32,000 bases of DNA, taken from positions 1,050,001 through 1,082,000 of the forward strand of contig NZ_CP022339.1 of assembly GCF_003351905.1 (NCBI RefSeq), in the 5' to 3' direction. Made by a program: the position numbers and the translations under genes. This document shows, one piece after another, positions 25,720-32,000 of the stretch; the first letter of the stretch is position 1; each line of letters opens with the position of its first letter. The notes beneath the pieces were generated by a model. The model did no database searches. It had not been told where the DNA came from and saw nothing but the letters and a program-made list of their open reading frames with translations. The DNA comes from Candidatus Saccharimonadota bacterium. GTDB lineage: Bacteria > Bacteroidota > Bacteroidia > Cytophagales > Amoebophilaceae.

Positions 25720-26515
25720 TCATTTTCAAGGTATTCTATCCTCATCAGCTAATCTAGCTGCACAAAACCTAATGGTGGATGTTACCATTACCAAGATGAT
25801 TGGAGTAGCTAAGTTGTTACTATTGCCTTTCTTATTGATCCGTTTAATCGTCTACTATTTTCAGTATCATTTAAGTAGTGCTGAGTTATTAAAATCATGT
25901 TATACCAGTCTGTTAACACTGACTGTTACCTTTATACTTCTTCAATTCTACTTGGATATTTTTCATATACTAGACAAGTTAACTGCTTTAATTATGAAGG
26001 GGTTTGATTGGCATGATTTAATTAAACCTGATAGTTTAAAAGAATATCCTGAGATAGGTATATGGGAGTTGATTAAAAATTGCTTTTCGAATGTAACTAC
26101 TAAGGTGTTAAAATCCATAGCTGGCATCATAGGTTTAACCACTACTATATTCCGTCATCAAGCGATCCTATTTACTTTACAGGTCGGTCCTTTGGCCATT
26201 TCCGCTAGCCTCTTACCAGGCAATTTTAGCGGAATAATTATTTATTGGCTCAATATGCTGATTTCCTTTTTAATGTGGGGGGTAACCATTGATTTGCTAG
26301 ACTATTCACTGATTTCTTTAGAGTTTAATAATGTAGATGGGATAGGTGCTGCCATAGCTACTTGCTTGATGTATGCTATGGTAGGTCCGCTTACCTCCTT
26401 ATATATAGGCAATACGATAGGGAACAGCCTTTTTGCAATAGGAGAAGCAAGGACGAGTCAGTTTATGACTTATGGAGTTAGTAGTTTACAAAAGTTGAGA
26501 AAACAAAATGAATAG
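25712..26515 (+). CDS. traJ: TraJ-like polytopic membrane protein (VirB6 analogue)
   Basis: The product has at least 5 predicted hydrophobic helices and lies directly after traG. The ATG at 25712 overlaps the traG stop by 8 nt. The longest ORF starts at 25670. Confidence 0.55.
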   Translation: MSSHFQGILSSSANLAAQNLMVDVTITKMIGVAKLLLLPFLLIRLIVYYFQYHLSSAELLKSCYTSLLTLTVTFILLQFYLDIFHILDKLTALIMKGFDWHDLIKPDSLKEYPEIGIWELIKNCFSNVTTKVLKSIAGIIGLTTTIFRHQAILFTLQVGPLAISASLLPGNFSGIIIYWLNMLISFLMWGVTIDLLDYSLISLEFNNVDGIGAAIATCLMYAMVGPLTSLYIGNTIGNSLFAIGEARTSQFMTYGVSSLQKLRKQNE

Positions 26516-26598
26516 TGACTAGACAATACATTAATCCTTACTTCGTAAGGTCTGTGTGGGCAAGCTAATGGGAAAGAATACTATAAACACAATACAAT

Positions 26599-27261
26599 AT
26601 GTTAGATAATAAAGATTATCAGTCATCAACTGTTCAATCGATTCATAAGCTAAACAGCTATCATTACGGGAATATCATTAACCTACTACGATTTTTAGTT
26701 GTTTTTCTTTTGGTATCCTTAGGTGGTTTATCTGCTTTTTTAGGCTATTTGGTATTTAAACAGAACAGAAGTGATTTGGTCTATTTTGCTACCCTTGAAG
26801 GGACCCATGTGGGTATAAGAAAAGAGAATCCAACTAATAACAGCAGAGAATCGTTTGAAGTAGAAAATTTTTCCATGCGTTTTATACAAGATGGTTTTGC
26901 CCATAGCGAAAACAATTATCAGGAAAATATTGAAAGAGCCTTGACCGTCATGAATAATGCTTCTAGAGTTACCTTAAAAAAACTCTTTTCTGATGATAGT
27001 TTGTTTCAAGTATACAAGGAGTCTAATGGCGTAACAACAGTTACTGTTAAACGCATAGTTACTGATACAGCATCTTATCCATACAAGGCAGAAGTCTACT
27101 TTCAAACAGATTTAAAGTTTTTAACGGGCCAAGGAAAAGTAAAAACCCATAGCTACCATCAAGGGATTGCATTAGAAATGCAACCAACGTCTAGATGTAG
27201 TAAAAATCCCTATGGCTTAATGATCACCGATCTAACCTTTTTAAATCATGAAGCACAGTAG
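26599..27261 (+). CDS. traK: TraK-like protein (Bacteroidetes conjugative transposon TraK)
   Basis: There is one N-terminal TM helix. Patterns typical of TraK are ENIERAL, ASYPYKAEVYFQ and the C-terminal RCSKNPYGLMITDLTF. Confidence 0.7.
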   Translation: MLDNKDYQSSTVQSIHKLNSYHYGNIINLLRFLVVFLLVSLGGLSAFLGYLVFKQNRSDLVYFATLEGTHVGIRKENPTNNSRESFEVENFSMRFIQDGFAHSENNYQENIERALTVMNNASRVTLKKLFSDDSLFQVYKESNGVTTVTVKRIVTDTASYPYKAEVYFQTDLKFLTGQGKVKTHSYHQGIALEMQPTSRCSKNPYGLMITDLTFLNHEAQ

Positions 27262-28048
27262 CCTGTTACTATTTTTGATCTTTTATTTTCCTGTTTTTGC
27301 ATTGAATATTAAAGTATCTGACCAATATCCCACTTTACTCGAATTTAGTGGTACCATTGAGAAGATTTCTTTTGGTAATGGAGACCAAGAATATGTCTCC
27401 AAAGAAGAAGGTAGGTTCTTAGAAGTAAAAGCCAAGCGTCCTGGGACCAGTAAGACTACCGTTACTGTTTTTTATCTAGTCAATGAAGGGAAAAAGAATG
27501 AAAAGATAGATGTCTTCTATGGAACCGTTAGTTATGATGCTGGGATACAACCAATGTATGATCTTACCCATCATAAAGTGAAACAAATAGAAGAACTAGA
27601 AAAGTGGGATACCGATGAACCATTAACTGAATCCTTAATAGAAGCTATAGAATACGTATCCCAGGATCAACCAAATATCAAACGTTTTCATCAAACCAAA
27701 CAAAAAGTGAGTTGTTTTTTGAGCAATGCCATTAGCACAGGAGAAGAGATTGTTTTAAAATTTGTATTAAAAAATAGCTCTCCCTACAACTATAAAGTAG
27801 GAAGCGTATACTTTTTAGGTAATAACAAAGACAAAACTGCTATTCCTATTAAACTCAAACCTAAGCGTATGGTAGTAGTCCCAGGAGAGATCGTACCGAT
27901 GACTTTCGTTATTAAACATAAGGTAGAAAAATCAGGTATCGTCGTTCGTTTTGAAGAGAAAAAAGGACGTAGAGATTTAAGTTTGACCTTACCTAATAGA
28001 TTGTTACTGAGTATACCATGTTTGGTTAAAGAATCTAAAGAAGTGTAG
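27248..28048 (+). CDS. traN: TraN-like secreted protein (DUF4138-like)
   Basis: The product has a signal peptide (LLLFLIFYFPVFALN). The C-terminal pattern VLKFVLKNSSPYNYKVGSVYFLGNNKDK...VVVPGEIVPMTFVI...VVRFEEKKGRRDLSL matches the f.l.N.S...y.i..i.f...E.nGgR.l.l signature. It overlaps traK by 14 nt. Confidence 0.6.
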   Translation: MKHSSLLLFLIFYFPVFALNIKVSDQYPTLLEFSGTIEKISFGNGDQEYVSKEEGRFLEVKAKRPGTSKTTVTVFYLVNEGKKNEKIDVFYGTVSYDAGIQPMYDLTHHKVKQIEELEKWDTDEPLTESLIEAIEYVSQDQPNIKRFHQTKQKVSCFLSNAISTGEEIVLKFVLKNSSPYNYKVGSVYFLGNNKDKTAIPIKLKPKRMVVVPGEIVPMTFVIKHKVEKSGIVVRFEEKKGRRDLSLTLPNRLLLSIPCLVKESKEV

Positions 28049-28053
28049 TTCCT

Positions 28054-28929
28054 ATGGACAAGAAGCAATTAGGTTTTGGATTCGCTGGATTGTTGGTTAT
28101 TGCTTGGGTGGTGCTCAGAGATGTTCGCAAAACAAAAAGTTGGTATAATTTTTTTGTGGCCCCTCCACCTAAACCTTGTAAGCTACTCGAAAAAGCAGAA
28201 CCCTTGTCGATTACGAAAGAAACCAATCAAAGAATGAAGAATCGCTTTCAATCAGAGCAGGTACGCTGTTCTTTGTTTGAAGATATGGCTAAAAATATCA
28301 GTAAAGATGTATCAACAGTTGAACCAGAGTCTGCTGCATCAAAATCGGTTAAAGAAGCCGAACCAGTTACCATTAAACCTAAAAAGGTAATTCAAAAAGT
28401 TCAAAAGATAGTTTCTTCTCCAAAACAGGAAAAAAACTACTTTCCAGTAGCCTTTGAAAGAAAAGGGAGAAAAAGGAATATTAAGGTAAAAAACAGCTTT
28501 GCTGCAGGCTATGTCTACGGCACACAGGAGCTCAAACATGGCAGAAGTATTAAAATACGTGTCAAAGAAGCTTTTGCTTACAAAGGTCAAGAAATACCAA
28601 AAGGCGCATTTTTATATGGAATTGTTGCTTTTGGAAAGGAAAGAATTCTAGCTAAATTAGAAACAGCTGAATTTGGTAAAAATGTGATTTCAGTGGCTAT
28701 TGGTTTGTATGACTCAGACTATATGATTGGATTATTGGTAGAGAATTTGCATCCTTTTATTGATCAGGCGCAAAACAAATTGCTCAGTAGAGCAGCTAGT
28801 AGTGGCAATAATTCTTGGATCAGGGAGATCAGCGGGGTGGTAGTAGATGGTATAAAATCTGCTAAAAATGAGCAAAAAATCACAATAGAAAATAGAAGAA
28901 AGGTATTCCTTAAACCAATAGAAAAATGA
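28054..28929 (+). CDS. traM: TraM-like protein (VirB10 analogue)
   Basis: There is an N-terminal TM helix and a charged linker. The C-terminal domain AAGYVYGTQELKHGRSIKIRVKEAFAYKGQEIPKGAFLYGIVAFGKERILAKLETAEFGKNVISVAIGLYDSDYMIGLLV matches the TraM C-terminal (DUF3714-like) pattern. Confidence 0.72.
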   Translation: MDKKQLGFGFAGLLVIAWVVLRDVRKTKSWYNFFVAPPPKPCKLLEKAEPLSITKETNQRMKNRFQSEQVRCSLFEDMAKNISKDVSTVEPESAASKSVKEAEPVTIKPKKVIQKVQKIVSSPKQEKNYFPVAFERKGRKRNIKVKNSFAAGYVYGTQELKHGRSIKIRVKEAFAYKGQEIPKGAFLYGIVAFGKERILAKLETAEFGKNVISVAIGLYDSDYMIGLLVENLHPFIDQAQNKLLSRAASSGNNSWIREISGVVVDGIKSAKNEQKITIENRRKVFLKPIEK

Positions 28930-29840
28930 ATAAGTGTAAAAAATATGGTCTGGTCTCTTTATGCCTGTTCATTCCTATTACCTCTTCAGCAAGTATAGGA
29001 TCTTCTATCAAATCAGGATTAAACAAAATCCTACCTAATGGATTAAAAAAGTGGATACCTGGTCTATCTCCAGAAGAAAAAACAGCTCAGTTAATGGAAG
29101 AACAAGTAGGTACTTCTAATAACGTTCTAGCACAAATGAAAGATGCGGCTGATAGTATGAGAAAACTAAAAGAGCGTGTAGAACAAGCTAATTCTATTAA
29201 AAATCAAAGTAAATCATTATTTAAAGATCTCGCTGAAGCTAAATATGGTAAAGTAGCGCTAGGTATATCTGAGAAAATCAGTGGTATTAGTTTAAATCCT
29301 AGTGATTATATTCCTAGTTTAGATTGTACTAAAGATCTTAAAAGAAATTGTTCTTTTTCGTACTATAGAGAAAAAGCGCTATTAGGTAGAGTAGATGCTT
29401 TTACCAGTAGAAGTAGTAATTTCATGGGTACCAAACCTCCAAAAAGTTTAAACAGGCTTTGCTCAGATATTCAAATGGAATTGCGTCTATCAGATCAAAT
29501 TAAAATAGCTGCTAAAGAGGCCAATAACAGACTGATTCCAGTCTATAAAGAACAGATCAAAAATCTAGAGATTCAAAATAAAAAGATAGATAAAACTCTA
29601 TCCAACCCTAATTTTTATAAAAATGATCCAGTAAAATACTTTCAACTAGAAAGCATTAAAAACAAAAATATCTTAGATATGGGAGAACTGGTAGAGCGGA
29701 TCAATAGACTTCAAGTGGCATCGGAAGAGGTTTCTAAAAAAGATAAAGAAGCTATTGCAGAGTTATATAGTGCAAAGTTAAACAATGATCTAATACAGCA
29801 TATCGTCAAAAGTAAAATAAAAAGAAATAGTAATTTTTAA
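28926..29840 (+). CDS. Hypothetical secreted, coiled-coil-rich protein, translationally coupled to traM
   Basis: An ATGA start/stop overlap joins it to traM. It has a signal peptide (LVSLCLFIPITSSASIG) and long K/E/Q-rich helical stretches. No family was recognised. Confidence 0.55.
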   Translation: MNKCKKYGLVSLCLFIPITSSASIGSSIKSGLNKILPNGLKKWIPGLSPEEKTAQLMEEQVGTSNNVLAQMKDAADSMRKLKERVEQANSIKNQSKSLFKDLAEAKYGKVALGISEKISGISLNPSDYIPSLDCTKDLKRNCSFSYYREKALLGRVDAFTSRSSNFMGTKPPKSLNRLCSDIQMELRLSDQIKIAAKEANNRLIPVYKEQIKNLEIQNKKIDKTLSNPNFYKNDPVKYFQLESIKNKNILDMGELVERINRLQVASEEVSKKDKEAIAELYSAKLNNDLIQHIVKSKIKRNSNF

Positions 29841-30212
29841 ATGAAGATGAGAGAAAAATACAAACTAGAAGCAATCAAAGAATTTGCAGAAAATCCTTTC
29901 ATAAACTACAGGTCAGAGGTAGAATTGGATGAGTTTTTCATAGATGAACTGTCAAATAAATCTAAGAATATCATCAAGTATTTAATGTTCAAACATTCAT
30001 TTAAAGAAGAAAAATTCTTATTTAAGCTAAATGAGTTTAATAGGTTTATGATATATATCAATATGGAATATCCCTGTGATGGTATAGTAGAACTATGCGC
30101 TAAAAAGGTATTAGCTAAAACCAAAGATCCAGATCTATATTGGGTGAATAATGATTTCTTTAGAACTGGAATCTTTCAACCAAAATACATAGAAGATGAT
30201 GGTTGTAAGTAA
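29841..30212 (+). CDS. Hypothetical 123-aa cytoplasmic protein
   Basis: The ATG directly abuts the preceding TAA. There are no recognisable motifs. It is very AT-rich, so confidence that it is a real gene is moderate. Confidence 0.45.
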   Translation: MKMREKYKLEAIKEFAENPFINYRSEVELDEFFIDELSNKSKNIIKYLMFKHSFKEEKFLFKLNEFNRFMIYINMEYPCDGIVELCAKKVLAKTKDPDLYWVNNDFFRTGIFQPKYIEDDGCK

Positions 30213-30218
30213 AGATGC

Positions 30219-31106
30219 CTAGACAAGTTCCTGGATACGAGATGGAGACAAACCAGTAAGAGCAATAATATCCTCTATAGGGTAGCCACGCAAAATCATA
30301 GATTTGGCGATAGAAAAGGCTTTCTCAGCTTCTCCTTCTAGTTTTCCCTCTAGCTTGCCTTTTTCTTGCCCTATTCGGATACCTTCTTGTCTCCCTTTTT
30401 TAATACCTTTTTTCTCTCCTTCTTGCCTTAATTTTTCAGCTACTGACATGGCGATTTCCTTTAATTTTGGGTTAGATTTTTTAATCGTTTCTAACAAATC
30501 TGGCTGGTCATCCACCTGTAAAATATACAAAAAAGCTTGATCAGCATATCCAATATAATCTTTTTCTAGGAGATCTACAATTAATCTCATATGATCAGTA
30601 AACCACTGATGAAAAGAACGATAAATTCCTTGTTTAAGTACCATGGCTGCAAAAGCAGCCTTTTTATAGCTAAGCAGTTCATCTTCAGATGTACTATATA
30701 GATCAACCAGATGAAAACGGTCAAACATACAAGACTTAGCTAGTTCAGGATCCGAGAACATAGATAATAAACTATTTGAACCCTTATATGGTTTATTGCC
30801 GTTATATATACAGTTATTTAGGATAACTGGAAGAGACACATTTCCATTCTCTTTTAAATGTTGGCGTATTAGTTGAACGTTGTATTCTAGGAACCTTAGT
30901 GGCATATATGGATCTTCTGTAGACTGGTGTTCGGTAAGTACATATAAGTACCCTTCTTTCCCATTTATACTGGTTTTGAATACTAAATCAGATTCTCCTC
31001 TTCTACCCACTGGATCCACAAAGCTCTTATTAGTCAATTCTAAATTTTCTTGATCTATTTTGATAAATAGATCGGAAGGCAGATTGGCAGATAGAAAATC
31101 TAGCAT
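30219..31106 (-). CDS. Rpn/YhgA-like recombination-promoting nuclease (PD-(D/E)XK putative transposase). The conserved N-terminal ~36 codons lie out of frame at 31210..31100.
   Basis: Motifs are ESDLVFKTSINGKEGYLYVLTEHQSTEDPYMPLRFLEYNVQLI and a G/K/E-rich C-terminal repeat followed by a helical tail. The upstream short ORF MSEKKNKGKDKKEGSDKPHDTVFKNTFCNKEARKQC* carries the family's HD..FK N-terminal motif in a different frame. Confidence 0.85.
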   Translation of the reverse strand: MLDFLSANLPSDLFIKIDQENLELTNKSFVDPVGRRGESDLVFKTSINGKEGYLYVLTEHQSTEDPYMPLRFLEYNVQLIRQHLKENGNVSLPVILNNCIYNGNKPYKGSNSLLSMFSDPELAKSCMFDRFHLVDLYSTSEDELLSYKKAAFAAMVLKQGIYRSFHQWFTDHMRLIVDLLEKDYIGYADQAFLYILQVDDQPDLLETIKKSNPKLKEIAMSVAEKLRQEGEKKGIKKGRQEGIRIGQEKGKLEGKLEGEAEKAFSIAKSMILRGYPIEDIIALTGLSPSRIQELV

Positions 31107-31443
31107 TGCTTCCTTGCTTCCTTATTGCAAAAAGTGTTCTTAAAGACCGTATCATGAGGCTTATCCGATCCTTCTTTTTTATCCTTTCCCTTGTTTTTTT
31201 TCTCACTCATGTGATCAATACATTACGAAAAATAAATGGCATTAAAAATATAAACTCTCCTAATAGTAATTAGAAAAAATAAAGCACTATGCTTGATCTA
31301 ATAAAGATTCTATATATCAGATCCATATAATACAATATTACGTATAATTACTCCTATATGGTAGGCTATTTTTATCTGATTTTATCATGCCCTATCTGTA
31401 AAATTAAAAATAGAAAACAAAATAAATAACGTTAGGACTCTTG

Positions 31444-31499
31444 TATTACTAATATAGTATATATTTTATATATACAAAAGATATACTATATTAGTAATA
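31444..31499. repeat. Perfect 19-bp inverted repeat with an 18-nt AT-only spacer
   Basis: TATTACTAATATAGTATAT (31444-31462) is the exact reverse complement of ATATACTATATTAGTAATA (31481-31499). Confidence 0.9.
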
Positions 31500-31587
31500 T
31501 GTAATTGATTCGATGTTAGGTATCTATTGAATGGTTGGATATCTATAAAAGATTATAAGTTTTAATAGTAAGAAAGTAGACTTTACA

Positions 31588-31615
31588 TATATCTTTTATA
31601 TATATAAAAGATATA
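31588..31615. repeat. 28-bp perfect palindrome ending 14 nt upstream of the parA ATG
   Basis: The palindrome is TATATCTTTTATATATATAAAAGATATA. The 16-mer AAAAGATATACTATAT is shared with 31476-31491; the second copy is at 31606-31621, 130 bp downstream. Confidence 0.85.
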
Positions 31616-31629
31616 CTATATATTATTGT

Positions 31630-32000
31630 ATGCAAATTTTAGTGGCAAATATAAAAGGTGGGTGTGGAAAAAGCACATTAGTGTCTGCACTAGCAGATTT
31701 ATTAGACGCTGATATTATTGATCATGATAACCAAGGCACAATACGCGTAAGCTCGTCCTTTACTGGTTTACGTGTCCCAGTAACCTATGAAAAAATAACA
31801 AAGAAAATCGTTCTTCACGATACACCACCTTATAATACAGGTAACTTGAAGAGCTTAATACAAGAGGCAGATTTAATACTGATTCCATGTAAACTTATGT
31901 ACCCAGATTTACTTGCATTAAGAGCGCTTTCGGATAAACTAAAGAAACTTAACATGACACAAAAAGGTGTAATTGTTTTTAATGAAATTCGTAAACCACA
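31630..32000 (+). CDS. parA: ParA/Soj-family ATPase (small type, deviant Walker A at the N-terminus). It is 3'-truncated by the window end.
   Basis: My translation reads MQILVANIKGGCGKSTLVSALADLL...IVLHDTPPYN...ADLILIPCKLMYPDLLALRAL. The deviant Walker A KGGxGKS is at residues 9-15. The frame is open to base 32000. It is not in the ORF track because no stop codon is reached. Confidence 0.9.
   Translation, partial: MQILVANIKGGCGKSTLVSALADLLDADIIDHDNQGTIRVSSSFTGLRVPVTYEKITKKIVLHDTPPYNTGNLKSLIQEADLILIPCKLMYPDLLALRALSDKLKKLNMTQKGVIVFNEIRKP

Noticed and set aside
27790-28590. Minus-strand ORFs 27790..28068, 28035..28226 and 28339..28590
   Set aside because: They are antisense to the traN-like and traM-like genes, in AT-rich DNA that readily gives open antisense frames.
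29906-30540. ORFs 29906..30124 (-) and 30304..30540 (+)
   Set aside because: They are antisense to the 123-aa ORF and to the Rpn gene respectively. The translations are low-complexity (Ser/Pro/Phe-rich) mirrors of K/E/G-rich coding sequence.
31440-31625. The repeats upstream of parA as a CRISPR array
   Set aside because: There are only two copies of the unit, they are themselves palindromic and pure AT, they are spaced 130 bp apart, and there are no cas genes. This is inconsistent with a CRISPR array.
1-32000. tRNA, rRNA, tmRNA or riboswitch genes
   Set aside because: I scanned the intergenic regions by eye for cloverleaf-like GC-rich ~75-nt segments and for conserved rRNA or tmRNA strings. 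Only RNase P RNA was recognisable. A tRNAscan or Infernal run would be needed to exclude others.

Overview
This window looks like a chromosome segment from a Bacteroidota genome, probably an intracellular symbiont of the Cytophagales or Amoebophilaceae type. That placement is an inference from gene content: Bacteroidetes-type rpoC, proS and tra genes, eukaryote-like ankyrin and C2H2 genes, many IS/MITE copies and several pseudogenes. No database search was possible, so every product call rests on motifs read from the supplied translations or from my own translation of the DNA.

Positions 1-19,200 hold housekeeping genes: the 3' part of rpoC, lipA, an ABC-F ATPase, a LolC/E-like permease, proS, RNase P RNA (not in the ORF track), lepB, tsaD, ftsK and a DUF59/SufT-like gene. 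Between these genes sit one family of inverted-repeat MITEs (5911-6291, 9564-9819, a half copy at 16266-16352, and the termini of a composite element at 2009-3147). The composite element carries a 5'-truncated IS110 transposase and a hairpin resembling group II intron domain V. This part also contains an ankyrin-repeat gene, a putative outer-membrane barrel protein, and a decayed eukaryote-type C2H2 zinc-finger remnant (14727-15110).

Positions 19,200-32,000 are a visibly AT-richer accessory island. It contains:
- an ankyrin-like ORF split by a single in-frame TAA inside a 12-nt tandem repeat
- a truncated PD-(D/E)XK (DUF1703-like) gene
- an IS256-family element whose transposase is frameshifted in an A5 run
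- an intact, tightly packed Bacteroidetes-type (type B) T4SS operon, traE-F-G-J-K-N-M, plus two translationally coupled orphan genes
- a frameshifted Rpn/YhgA-like nuclease gene
- a small parA preceded by long AT-rich palindromes and direct repeats

The most notable points are the compact intact tra/T4SS module with two unknown appended genes in an otherwise decaying island, the eukaryotic-type zinc-finger remnant, the nested mobile-element site downstream of rpoC, and the repeat architecture upstream of parA.
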